Shown: positions 10,108 to 19,913 of the stretch, piece by piece | How positions within the stretch are numbered: position 1 is the stretch's first letter | How the letters are laid out: each line of letters opens with the position of its first letter | NCBI GenBank assembly: GCA_945947035.1 | Contig: CAMEXD010000005.1 | Coordinates: forward strand, 3,122-67,121 | Source of the DNA: an uncultured Mycoplasma sp. | GTDB lineage: Bacteria; Bacillota_I; Bacilli_A; RF39; UBA660 | Length of the DNA stretch: 64,000 bases | Reading direction: 5' to 3' | Notes under the pieces: model-generated | What the model saw: the letters and a program-made list of their open reading frames with translations, nothing else | Databases searched by the model: none | Told to the model about the DNA's origin: nothing | Program-made: the position numbers and the translations under genes

Positions 10108-10230
10108 ATAAAACAAAAAAGAACCTGAGTGGAGTTCTTTTCCTAGGGTTTCCCCTTTAGAAGTGATTTTTTATCAATCTTCTGTTTTGTTGTTTATGTA
10201 AAAAGCAATAGCAAACTTTTTACATATTTA
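10108..10230 (-). promoter_or_regulatory. possible ~110-nt leader or small RNA upstream of ychF, ending in an intrinsic terminator
   Basis: Minus strand: promoter-like TTGCTT-17-TAACAT, a first hairpin ATGTAAAAAG...CTTTTTACAT, a GGG-GAAA-CCC mini-hairpin, then AAAAGAAC-N9-GTTCTTTT plus a T-run about 45 nt before the ychF ATG. Confidence 0.25.
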
Positions 10231-10289
10231 ATGTTATCATAAAAATTTAAGAAAAGCAAGTCTTTTTATTAAATTTTTGATTAATTTTT

Positions 10290-11879
10290 TTATAAAGTTG
10301 GATAAACACTTGGTCCTAAAGGTAATCCAATTAGATACCAAATAACAACAATTAGAATCCAAGTAATAGAAAGCGCTATAAAATATGGCATCATAATTTT
10401 TAATCCTTTACCAATTGTTATAGGTTTTTCTTTATCTTTATTATAAATATTTAAGTATCCAATATAAACTATAAAATATGCTAAAAGTGGTGTTATTCCA
10501 TTAGTCATTGATTCACCTGCTCTAAATACAAATTGAGCAAAAGCTGGATTCATATTTAACTGCATCATCATTGGTACTAAAGTTGGTGAAATTATTGCCC
10601 ATTTTGATACAGATGATGTTAAAAATAAATTAGATACACCAACAACTAAAATAGCAATAATAACTAAAACTATTCCTGATAATGGCATAGATTTTAACAT
10701 ATTTGTTAAAATAGCAGTTATTACAACACCAATATTTGATTCTTTAAATATAGAAATAAATTGAGCTGAGAAAAATAACATAACAATAAGTAAACCTATT
10801 TCTGAGAATTTTTCTCCTAATTTTATAAATAATTGTTTATCATTCTTAATAGAATTAGAACCTATTCCATAAAATATACCAACTACTGCAAATAAAATAC
10901 TCATCATATAAGTAAATCCATCTTGGAAATATGAATTAGTTCCAAACAACTGATCAACATAAGCTTCTTCTTCTAAATCAAGAAGCATTCCTGATAAAGG
11001 AAGATTTGGTATTGCCATATATACAAATATTATTGTTACTATAATACCTGCAATAGCAGCATACTTAAGTCCTTTTTTCTCTTGTTTTTCTTCTTTAATC
11101 TTTTTTTGTTCTTCATATTGTAAATCAAGATATTCTATTTCTTTTGTTTCACCAAATTCATCTCTAGTCTTTAAAACATATCTACCAAGTTTTTTAACAA
11201 CAACTTTTTCTGTTATAATTGTTCCAATAATTGCAAGAATAATACATGAAGCAATCATTATAAATAAGTTTGATGTCATTCTTACATAATAACTTTTATC
11301 AATTAAATTAGCGGCAGTTGTTGTATATGACATTAAATTAATATCCATTGTTCCAACAAAGAAACTAATACTATATCCAAATGCTACTCCTGCAAAACTT
11401 GCTGCAATTCCAGCAAGAGGATTTCTACCATTAAATAGAAATAACATTGCACCAAGTGGTATAAGAAAAGCGTAACCTACTTCATTTACTATACTTGAAA
11501 ACATAGCAAGCAAGAAAATAATAAATGTTATAACTTTAGGATTTATTTTTACTAATCTTCTTTTCATAAATGTTTCAATAAATCCAGTTGATTCTGCTAT
11601 ACCAAGTCCAATTAAAGTTATTATTAAAGTACTTAATGTAGATGACGATATAAAGTTTTTAGCAGCATTACTTATAATATATTTTATACCATCATAGCTT
11701 AACATATTATTTACTGTAACAATAACTTTTTCAAGTTCTCCACTAGAAGTATCAATACTATTATATGTTGAAGAAAATGAAAAGCATGATAGAACAAAAC
11801 TTAAAAGAATTGTTACTAAGATTAAAATAAGATATGTAGTTATTGGATGAAAAACTAACTTTTTTTTCTTTCTAGCCAT
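10290..11879 (-). CDS. AbgT-family transporter
   Basis: 529-aa polytopic membrane protein. The N-terminal ...FHPITTYLIL... and overall layout resemble the AbgT/MtrF family. Confidence 0.65.
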   Translation of the reverse strand: MARKKKKLVFHPITTYLILILVTILLSFVLSCFSFSSTYNSIDTSSGELEKVIVTVNNMLSYDGIKYIISNAAKNFISSSTLSTLIITLIGLGIAESTGFIETFMKRRLVKINPKVITFIIFLLAMFSSIVNEVGYAFLIPLGAMLFLFNGRNPLAGIAASFAGVAFGYSISFFVGTMDINLMSYTTTAANLIDKSYYVRMTSNLFIMIASCIILAIIGTIITEKVVVKKLGRYVLKTRDEFGETKEIEYLDLQYEEQKKIKEEKQEKKGLKYAAIAGIIVTIIFVYMAIPNLPLSGMLLDLEEEAYVDQLFGTNSYFQDGFTYMMSILFAVVGIFYGIGSNSIKNDKQLFIKLGEKFSEIGLLIVMLFFSAQFISIFKESNIGVVITAILTNMLKSMPLSGIVLVIIAILVVGVSNLFLTSSVSKWAIISPTLVPMMMQLNMNPAFAQFVFRAGESMTNGITPLLAYFIVYIGYLNIYNKDKEKPITIGKGLKIMMPYFIALSITWILIVVIWYLIGLPLGPSVYPTL

Positions 11880-11880
11880 A

Positions 11881-12069
11881 TTATTCCTCCACTATCTTTT
11901 TTATTTTTTTATTAAATTCAATTCGAGGCATTAAAATTGTTCTATTACAATTAATACATCTTATTTTTATATCGGCACCAAGTCTTACTATTTCAAATAA
12001 ATTTGTTTTACAAGGATGTTCTTTTTTCATTATTACTTTGGTACCTAATTTATAACTAATATTATTCAT
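11881..12069 (-). CDS. DUF951 family protein (YyzM-like)
   Basis: 62 aa. The pattern KKEHPCKTNLFEIVRLGADIKIRCINCNRTILMPRIEFNKKIKK matches DUF951, and the position beside spo0J is conserved. Confidence 0.8.
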   Translation of the reverse strand: MNNISYKLGTKVIMKKEHPCKTNLFEIVRLGADIKIRCINCNRTILMPRIEFNKKIKKIVEE

Positions 12070-12078
12070 TTAACACCA

Positions 12079-12960
12079 TTATTTATCATAATTAATAGTT
12101 TCAAGTATTCTATTTAAATCTTGATCATTAGCAAAATTAATAATAAGTTTATTATTAGTAAGTTTTACTTTTGTACCTAAATAATCAGATAATTCTTTTT
12201 CTAAGTCTATATATTCTCTTGATTTTTGTTTTTGCTCTACTTTATGTCTTCTTGGAATATCAGAATTTCTTGTTAATTCTTCAAGTTCTCTTACACTTAA
12301 ATTTTCATTTTCAATCTTATTTGTCAATTCAATTATCTTATTTTCATCATCTAATTTTGATAAGACTCTTGCGTGTCCCATAGTTAATTTATTTTCAGAA
12401 ATTGATTTTTTAACAACATCAGGTAGTGTTAAAAGACCTAAAAGATTAGTGATATGGCTTCTACTTTTATTAACTCTTTTAGCAACTTGTTCTTGAGTTA
12501 AGTTAAGCTTATACATAAGATTTTTATAAGCATTTGCTTCTTCAATAACATTTAAATTTTCTCTTTGAAGATTTTCTAAAATTGCTATTTCCATCATTTC
12601 TTCATCAGTAAAGTTTCTAATAATCGCAGGTATTGTTTCTTTTCCTGCTCTTATTGAAGCACGATATCTTCTTTCTCCTGCAACGATGTCATAACCTTTA
12701 ATACTTTTTTTAACAATAATTGGTTGAAATACACCATGTTCTTTTATTGATTCAGCAAGTTCTTCTAAAGCATCCTCATCAAATACTTTTCTTGGTTGAT
12801 ATGGGTTTGGTCTTAAATCTTTGATTGGAAGTTCTTTAACTTCATCAATACGTGCTGTTTCCATAATTTTTTCTTCTAAGTTGCTATAACTTACATCTTC
12901 AATATTAAATAATTCTTCAAGCCCTCTTCCTAGAGCTTTTCTTTTACTCTGTTCTTGCAT
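12079..12960 (-). CDS. parB: chromosome partitioning protein ParB/Spo0J
   Basis: N-terminal KALGRGLEELF, ParB box GERRYRAS, and a ParB-type HTH segment NKSRSHITNLLGLLTLP...TMGHARVL. Confidence 0.93.
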   Translation of the reverse strand: MQEQSKRKALGRGLEELFNIEDVSYSNLEEKIMETARIDEVKELPIKDLRPNPYQPRKVFDEDALEELAESIKEHGVFQPIIVKKSIKGYDIVAGERRYRASIRAGKETIPAIIRNFTDEEMMEIAILENLQRENLNVIEEANAYKNLMYKLNLTQEQVAKRVNKSRSHITNLLGLLTLPDVVKKSISENKLTMGHARVLSKLDDENKIIELTNKIENENLSVRELEELTRNSDIPRRHKVEQKQKSREYIDLEKELSDYLGTKVKLTNNKLIINFANDQDLNRILETINYDK

Positions 12961-13735
12961 TTTTTTCTATCACCTCTTTGGCTAAATTTAAATAAGCTTC
13001 AGAACCTCTACTTTTTGGATCGTAAACAATTATTGGTTTACCATGAGATGGAGCTTCTGTTAGTCTTATTAATCTTGGTATTATAGTATTGTATACTTTA
13101 TCTTTAAAGTATTTTCTTATATCCTCAACTACTTCAATACTCATGTTAGTTCTTGCATCAAACATTGTAAGAAGTACTCCTTCAATTGAAAGATTTGGAT
13201 TAAGATTTTCTCTTGTATACATAATTGCTTTTAAAAGTTGTGTAATACCTTCAAGAGCAAAAAACTCACATTGTACTGGAATAATAACAGAATCACTTGA
13301 AGTTAAAGCATTTGTTGTAATAATTCCAAGTGCAGGTGGACAATCAATAATAATAAAATCATAGTCATCTTTTATCTTATCAATATGAATTTTTAATTGT
13401 TCAGCTTGAAGATAACTAGAATCATTTCTACTGTTGTCTCTTATTTCTATATCAATACCTGCTAAATTAATATTAGCGGGTAAAACATATAAATTTTTAT
13501 ATTTTGTTTTAATAATAACATCTTCAATTTCACTAGTATTATTTAAAACATTATAAATACTTTTATCAATATCACCTTTATTGATACCAATTCCTGTTGT
13601 AGCATTACATTGTGGATCTAAATCTACTAATAATACTTTTTTATTTAATATAGCTAGTGAAGCAGCAAGATTAATACTTGTTGTTGTTTTGCCTACTCCA
13701 CCTTTTTGATTAATCAATGATATAACTTTTCCCAT
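12944..13735 (-). CDS. parA: chromosome partitioning ATPase ParA/Soj
   Basis: Deviant Walker A motif NQKGGVGKTTTSINLA. Overlaps the parB start. Confidence 0.95.
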   Translation of the reverse strand: MGKVISLINQKGGVGKTTTSINLAASLAILNKKVLLVDLDPQCNATTGIGINKGDIDKSIYNVLNNTSEIEDVIIKTKYKNLYVLPANINLAGIDIEIRDNSRNDSSYLQAEQLKIHIDKIKDDYDFIIIDCPPALGIITTNALTSSDSVIIPVQCEFFALEGITQLLKAIMYTRENLNPNLSIEGVLLTMFDARTNMSIEVVEDIRKYFKDKVYNTIIPRLIRLTEAPSHGKPIIVYDPKSRGSEAYLNLAKEVIEKNARTE

Positions 13736-13842
13736 TTTGCATACTCCTACTTCTTTTTTAGACTATATATAGTTTATCAAAAAATGGAGTATTTTTAAAG
13801 TATATTTTTAAGTTTTTTTTAAAATTAAAAAAACGCAGGAAA

Positions 13843-15078
13843 TTATCCCACATTTTTCTTATTTTTATCAATTTTTATTACAATTTGGTAAACGTTATCA
13901 AAGTCAAATTCTTCAGTTTCTATATTAAATCCAAATTTTTCAGTATTTTGAATAGCTTGTCTAAAATTATTAATAGCAAATCTCATATCGTAAATATCGT
14001 TATTATTAATAGTATTTACACTAGGTGTTTCAGTTACTACTTCAGGAATAGGTTGTTCTACTTTTTCACTATTATTTAATAAAGATTCTATCTTATTAAA
14101 TGCAGTATAAGCATTTTGATCACTATTATTACTTGTAAATTCATATTTTGGACCTTCATATTTAGGAACAGGTGCAACACTTTCTTCAACATGTTTTAAT
14201 TCATTAGATGTTGGAATATATGTGTTTTCTAAAATATCCTTATAAGGATCTTTTGGTAAATCTAAATCTTCATTTTGTTTTTGTTCAACTTGTTCAATAT
14301 CATCTTTTCTTAAATCAGCAAAAATATTTTTATTTATTGGTTTTTTTTCTGGTTCCTGATTAACAGGTGCAACAACTTTTGGTTCTACTACTATTTCTTT
14401 TACTTCATTTACATTTGGCACTTCAACATTTTTTGTTGGAACTTCTTCTTCTGGATATGTATTAGTATTTACTTTGCCAGTTAACATAGCAATCTCATCA
14501 TCAAGTTGCTTTACAGTCATTCTTTGAAGAATAATTTTTTCCAATAATTCTTTTTGTTTTACAGGATCTTCCATATTAAGTAAACTTCTAGCATGTCTTT
14601 CTGATATTTTTTCATGTAAAAGCGCATCTTGTACTTCAGGAATAAGATTTAAAAGTCTAAGTTTATTAGCAATGGCAGATTGTGATTTACCTAATGTTTT
14701 AGCAAGTTCTTCTTGAGTTAAATTATCTAATTTTAAAATTGTTTGATAGGTTCTTGCTTCTTCAATAGAAGTTAAATTCTTTCTCTGTAAATTTTCTAAA
14801 AGTGCAACTTTAGCAGCTTCTTTATCATCTATATTTCTAACAATCGCTGGAATAGTTGTTTTACCTGCAAGTTGTGAAGCACGAAATCTTCTTTCGCCTG
14901 CAACAATTTCGTATTTATCTCCTACTTTTCTAACAATAATAGGTTGAATAACACCATGTTCTTTAATTGATGTTGATAACTCTTGTAAATCAATATCATC
15001 AAACTTTTCACGTGGTTGAAATCTATTTGGTAGAACATCCGCTAATGATAGTTCAAATACTTCCTTTTCTAAGTTCAT
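13843..15078 (-). CDS. noc: Noc-type ParB paralogue (nucleoid occlusion protein) with a long internal low-complexity insert
   Basis: VLPNRFQPR and GERRFRAS boxes. The HTH reads LGKSQSAIANKLRLL...ISERHARSL, which matches B. subtilis Noc rather than Spo0J. The C-terminus FNIETEEFDFDNVYQIVIKI is Noc-like. About 165 aa of P/E/V/N-rich insert lies at ~13986-14481. An in-frame TGA sits just upstream of the ATG. Confidence 0.85.
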   Translation of the reverse strand: MNLEKEVFELSLADVLPNRFQPREKFDDIDLQELSTSIKEHGVIQPIIVRKVGDKYEIVAGERRFRASQLAGKTTIPAIVRNIDDKEAAKVALLENLQRKNLTSIEEARTYQTILKLDNLTQEELAKTLGKSQSAIANKLRLLNLIPEVQDALLHEKISERHARSLLNMEDPVKQKELLEKIILQRMTVKQLDDEIAMLTGKVNTNTYPEEEVPTKNVEVPNVNEVKEIVVEPKVVAPVNQEPEKKPINKNIFADLRKDDIEQVEQKQNEDLDLPKDPYKDILENTYIPTSNELKHVEESVAPVPKYEGPKYEFTSNNSDQNAYTAFNKIESLLNNSEKVEQPIPEVVTETPSVNTINNNDIYDMRFAINNFRQAIQNTEKFGFNIETEEFDFDNVYQIVIKIDKNKKNVG

Positions 15079-15679
15079 AAAAAATACCCTCTTTCAATTC
15101 TTTTTACTCTTAGTACATTAACCTATATTATATTATAAAATAAAAAAAAAATTTTTACAATGTTTTTTTTATAATTTATACTATTATTTAAAAGTTTTTT
15201 TATTGCACCTAAATTATCAAAACATCTATAAAAATTACCAAATTTAACTAGTACTACACAATGTTTATATTTTAGATTAAGAATTCTAGAATATTCTTTC
15301 AACTTCATAATAGACCTATACCTTACTACCAAAAAATCTGTTACTTCGACAATTTTTATAAAAAATTGCCGAAGATTATTTTTATTTCCAAAATAACCCC
15401 ATTTTTTTCTAAATCTTTTACTGTTAATTTTCGTTTGTTTATCTTTATACCAGCTTTAATTATTTTTTGAATATACACCTAAAAATATGCAAAAAATTTA
15501 TTAACCATAAATTTTTTGGCTCTGTTGTCAAGTACTTTACAAAAAAAACTTCAAAAATTAAATTTATTAAAAATTTAATTTTTGAAGTATCTTCTTACTT
15601 TTTATTCTTTTTATTTTACTTTATTTATATCATAAATCTTTTGGGTTTTTTAGTTCTTTACAAATGAATAGACGAAAGT

Positions 15680-17587
15680 CTATTCATTTGTAATTACAAG
15701 ACGAACGCTATAGCTCCTGATAGCGTTACCGATTGTGGAGTTAAAGTAGAAAACCCCTGCACTAGTAGATTGGCTATAGTAACCTCCGCGTAAGAACCAA
15801 GGATAGCTAGAATTAACGAAGTTAGCACTATCACTATACCAGTTTTTTGTTTCCGTAAGTGCATGTTGTAAGTTTGAATTGGTATAATTTGTACTTGTTG
15901 TATAACTATTATAATATTTAGAATCTGGATATGCTACTCCATCATACGTACTACTACAATCTCTTCCCAAGCATCCACTAAATCCTGAATTATCTGTTGA
16001 ACTATATCCAGACCAGTTTTGTGTCCCATCTGTATATACGCCCATTACATATTCATATGCTCCACCACTCATATCATATACGCCATAGATATTTCCTGTT
16101 GTTGATGCATCTTTTCCTAAGTCTGTATTATATGTCCCATTTGTTACTGATTTACTACTTCCTGCAGGAGCACCATATCCTGTTATATAACTGCTACTAT
16201 TATTTATTCCAACTTCAGTACAACTTGTACTACTTGTACATCTTCCATAGATACTTTGAGTTAGATATGCTACTGCTCCCCATTCATTATTTTTCATCAT
16301 ATGGGTATCAAGTGTTGTGTCTTTTGTTTTATCAAACCCAAAACTATTTCCTGTTTGACTCATACTTAAACTTGCATAAAAGAAATTACTTACATCATTA
16401 TTGCTTAATGATTTTACATTTGGTTTTATTATTATTCCATTTGCATTACTACAGGTATCACTTGTACATCCTAAATTATTTTCTGTTATACTACTTGATA
16501 ATGTATTATGACTTGTTTCAAACTTGCCTACCCAAAATCCATTTAAGTTTTGTGTTCCAAATGTGAATGCATCATGAGCACTTGTTTTATTATCGACAAA
16601 GGTTATATCAAATGCTCCAGGAGCACTTTTAGTTCCTCCATTATAATTTGCTGTATCACCTGTTGCACTAAATCTTGGTATCCATACCCACATTGTATTT
16701 ATATCATCCATACTTATTTCTGTTCCTAAAGATGCATTTAAATAAGTATCTCTATTTGTTTCACTTACTGTTACTGCATTAGCCCACATTTTACTATTAT
16801 AATCATACCACTTATAACTTGAATTACTATTTGAACTATCTGCTTTTTTCCATACTTCATTTGTTTCATCATAATATACTGGAATCATATTTGTTGCAAG
16901 CTCTGGAGCATTAGCCCCATTTGTATTTGGTTCTTTTACAACTAAATTACTATCTGTTGCTACTACTTTTATTTTAAATGAAAATGTTTCACTTGTTGTT
17001 TGATTACTATGACTTGTTCCATTTGAACTATCTGTTATTGGCAAGTCATAGTTTTCATCTATCCATGCTTTTACTACATAGTTATTTGTTTGAACGCCTG
17101 TTAAACTATCTTGAGTTATAACATGACTATCTAAATAACCTTCTATACTTTTATTTTTATAACTTGATATAAGATTTCCTTTATTTTCTGTGAATCCATT
17201 TGCTACAGTACCATTTTTAGTCATATATATTTTTATATAATCTTCTTTTAGTGTTGCACCTTCATTTATTTCTACTAAACCTATAGCATAATTTACTGTT
17301 GCTTGGCCTATAATATCACTTGATACACTAAATTCTAAGGTACTATTAGAATCTGGATTTGCTAGCCCTTGTTCATCTGTTTCTGCATACCTATTTGTTA
17401 ATCTTATATTATTTGTTTCGTTAAAATTAACAACAATCTGTCCTGTTGTTATTACGTTTTCTTTGGTTCCTGTCCCAGTAAAGACATAAGCAGCATAACT
17501 TATTCCTACAACCATTGCCATTAAAGCAACTACAAATATACCTATTAGTATACTTTTGTATTTTTTTTTAAAAAAATCTTTTCGCAT
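15680..17587 (-). CDS. secreted or surface protein: SipW-type signal plus TasA-like module fused to an FGE-sulfatase/C-type-lectin-like domain
   Basis: 635 aa. The N-terminal 210 aa are paralogous to the ORF at 55658-56332 (AAYVFTGTGTKENVITTG; ENYDLPITDSSNGTSHSNQTTSETFSFKIKV). The C-terminal part has an FGE-sulfatase-like pattern (GFWVGKFETS, NNEWGAVAYL, GNIYGVYDMSGGAYEYVMG, WFLRGGYY, YSVRLVI). Confidence 0.6.
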   Translation of the reverse strand: MRKDFFKKKYKSILIGIFVVALMAMVVGISYAAYVFTGTGTKENVITTGQIVVNFNETNNIRLTNRYAETDEQGLANPDSNSTLEFSVSSDIIGQATVNYAIGLVEINEGATLKEDYIKIYMTKNGTVANGFTENKGNLISSYKNKSIEGYLDSHVITQDSLTGVQTNNYVVKAWIDENYDLPITDSSNGTSHSNQTTSETFSFKIKVVATDSNLVVKEPNTNGANAPELATNMIPVYYDETNEVWKKADSSNSNSSYKWYDYNSKMWANAVTVSETNRDTYLNASLGTEISMDDINTMWVWIPRFSATGDTANYNGGTKSAPGAFDITFVDNKTSAHDAFTFGTQNLNGFWVGKFETSHNTLSSSITENNLGCTSDTCSNANGIIIKPNVKSLSNNDVSNFFYASLSMSQTGNSFGFDKTKDTTLDTHMMKNNEWGAVAYLTQSIYGRCTSSTSCTEVGINNSSSYITGYGAPAGSSKSVTNGTYNTDLGKDASTTGNIYGVYDMSGGAYEYVMGVYTDGTQNWSGYSSTDNSGFSGCLGRDCSSTYDGVAYPDSKYYNSYTTSTNYTNSNLQHALTETKNWYSDSANFVNSSYPWFLRGGYYSQSTSAGVFYFNSTIGNAIRSYSVRLVITNE

Positions 17588-17677
17588 ATATTACCTCTTT
17601 CTTACACAAAAAAATGTGTCATATTATATGTATAATAATAACACATTTTTATTATTTTTGTCTATATAATTTTCATT

Positions 17678-19777
17678 TTATTTTCTAATACGAACTAATG
17701 ATGAAGTAGGGAATTCAAATTTAATCTTATCATTTTCAACTCCTTTAAAGATAACATTTATTTTATCACCAGGTTTTAAAGTTTTATTTTTACTATATAA
17801 ACAATTTGTCTTAGGATCAAATTTATATTTTTCATCTAAATCAGATATACCTATTTTCCCATAGATACAGTTATCAACTTTTACTGTTAAATTAGTTTTT
17901 GTAATAGAGCAGATTAATGCATTAAATACTTCATTAACATGATTTTGCATGTATAATGCTACTAATTTTTTGTTTACTATTCTCTCTAATTCATCGCTTA
18001 GTTTTGTTGTTTCATTGCAATGTTTTGCTATTTCTTTTAGTTCATCAGTTAAATCATCCAAATTTTCTGGATATATTCCTTTAATATATTTTTTAAGTAG
18101 GGTATGAATCTCTAAATCAGTAAATCTTCTAATAGGAGAGGTGAAGTGAGTATAATTTTTAAGCGCTAAACAAAAATGTCCTATGTTATTTGGAGTATAA
18201 ATAGCTCTTTTAATACTTTGTAAGATTTTTTCAGATAGAATAGGGTACTCTTCATATTTTTCAAGTTGTTTTAAAATATCTTGTAAACAATAATTATCAT
18301 CAAGTGCTTTATGTACTTTTATATCATATCCCATATTTTGTAATTCAGTAATTGTTTCTTTTAATTTTTCTTTGTCTGGTTTGTCATGACATCTATAAAT
18401 AAATGGAAGAGACATATTATATACATAACTTGCTACAGTATTATTGGCAAGAAGCATAAAGTCTTCGATTAATTTTTCAGCTTTATCCCTTTTTATTTCT
18501 GATATTTTTATTTCATCTTGTTCAATACTTGTTGCTATTTCATTACTATTAAAGTTTACATAACCACGTTTTTTCTTCTTATTATCTAAAATATAATGAA
18601 GTTTTTCCATAAGTTTTAAAGTATCATAATATTTTTCATAACCTGCTACTTCTTCGCCATTTAATATTTTATTAACATCATCATAATTCATTTTCTTACA
18701 AGATTTAATAACACTTTCATCTATTTTATAAGAAATAACATTACCACTTTTATCTATTTCCATAATACAAGACATAGCAAGTCTATCAACACCTTCATTT
18801 AATGAACATATTCCATTTGATAATAAATGATGAAGCATTGGTATTACATAATTAGCAGGGTAGTAGCTATTACCACGACTTTTAGCATCATTATAGATGA
18901 TACTATTTTCTTTAACATAATGTGATACATCTGCAATATGAACTCCTAAAACAAAATTGCCTTTTTCATTTATTTCAAGACTTATCGCATCATCTATATC
19001 TTTAGTATCAATACCATCTATAGTAAAAATAAGTTTATCTCTATAGTCAACTCTTCCTTCTAATTCTTCTTTTTTTACTTCTTGTGGTATTTTTTTAACT
19101 TCATTTATTACATCTTCACTAAAATTAGTTCTTATAGATAAATCCATAGCAATTGTTTTTACAAATAAGTTAGGATCATCTTTATGTCCAATATAATCTA
19201 TTATATTACCATAATAATTATTATCATTATAAGAAGTTAAGTGTATTAAAACTCTTTCACCAGATACTAAATTTTTTAAATCACTTGATTTTAAAACAAT
19301 ATTATAATTAAAACCTTTTGTTACTGGTACTAATTTTATTTTTCCATTTTCAATAACACAATCTGCAATTATATTATCATTATTTCTTTTAATAACATCT
19401 TTTATTACTGCATATTCTTTTCCATTATATGGTCCTTTTACTTCATATAAAACATCATCTTTTATAATTGAACCATCTAAATTATTATTTAATACATATA
19501 TTTTTTTATAATCATTTTGAAGATAAAACAAATTATTGGAATCACAATTTAATCTACCAACTTTTAAATTATTATCATTTGGAAAAATCATATAATAACA
19601 ATTTTTTAATATTATTTTTTCTTCTTGTTGTAGTTTTAATAATGCTTCTCTAAATAAAATTTCCTCTTTTTTCTCTAAATCAAATATTTTTATAAGTTCA
19701 TCAATTTTATACTTTTTATTTCTATTACTATCAAAAAAGTCAAAAATACTCGTCTTTAAATCATTATAATTTGTCAT
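17678..19777 (-). CDS. rnr: RNase R / RNase II-family 3'-5' exoribonuclease
   Basis: 699 aa. RNB catalytic motifs (FTIDGIDTKDIDDAISLE, HIADVSHYV, FTSPIRRFTDLEIH) and a C-terminal S1-like domain. Confidence 0.9.
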   Translation of the reverse strand: MTNYNDLKTSIFDFFDSNRNKKYKIDELIKIFDLEKKEEILFREALLKLQQEEKIILKNCYYMIFPNDNNLKVGRLNCDSNNLFYLQNDYKKIYVLNNNLDGSIIKDDVLYEVKGPYNGKEYAVIKDVIKRNNDNIIADCVIENGKIKLVPVTKGFNYNIVLKSSDLKNLVSGERVLIHLTSYNDNNYYGNIIDYIGHKDDPNLFVKTIAMDLSIRTNFSEDVINEVKKIPQEVKKEELEGRVDYRDKLIFTIDGIDTKDIDDAISLEINEKGNFVLGVHIADVSHYVKENSIIYNDAKSRGNSYYPANYVIPMLHHLLSNGICSLNEGVDRLAMSCIMEIDKSGNVISYKIDESVIKSCKKMNYDDVNKILNGEEVAGYEKYYDTLKLMEKLHYILDNKKKKRGYVNFNSNEIATSIEQDEIKISEIKRDKAEKLIEDFMLLANNTVASYVYNMSLPFIYRCHDKPDKEKLKETITELQNMGYDIKVHKALDDNYCLQDILKQLEKYEEYPILSEKILQSIKRAIYTPNNIGHFCLALKNYTHFTSPIRRFTDLEIHTLLKKYIKGIYPENLDDLTDELKEIAKHCNETTKLSDELERIVNKKLVALYMQNHVNEVFNALICSITKTNLTVKVDNCIYGKIGISDLDEKYKFDPKTNCLYSKNKTLKPGDKINVIFKGVENDKIKFEFPTSSLVRIRK

Positions 19778-19913
19778 ACAATTACCACCCTATAATTTAA
19801 TCTTAATAAAATAAAAATAAAAAGTAAAGAATTTTTTATGAAGTTGTAAGATAAATGTAGACATAAAAAAATGTCTACATTTTTTGTTATAATAAAATAA
19901 AGGAGATGATTAT

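Noticed and set aside
15123-15667. Two ORFs (15123-15332 on the minus strand, 15467-15667 on the plus strand) in the 600-bp gap between noc and the 635-aa gene.
   Set aside because: The translations are Ile/Lys/Phe/Asn-rich junk expected of AT-rich non-coding DNA. There is no RBS and no recognisable motif, so the region is treated as intergenic.
15997-16566. 189-aa plus-strand ORF inside the 635-aa gene.
   Set aside because: It is antisense to a well-supported CDS. The translation is low-complexity (Tyr/Leu/His-rich) with no RBS, which is typical of a shadow ORF. The same reasoning applies to 42829-43287, 53257-53787, 36983-37288, 13089-13364, 29620-29925, 54617-54913 and the other short antisense ORFs in the track.
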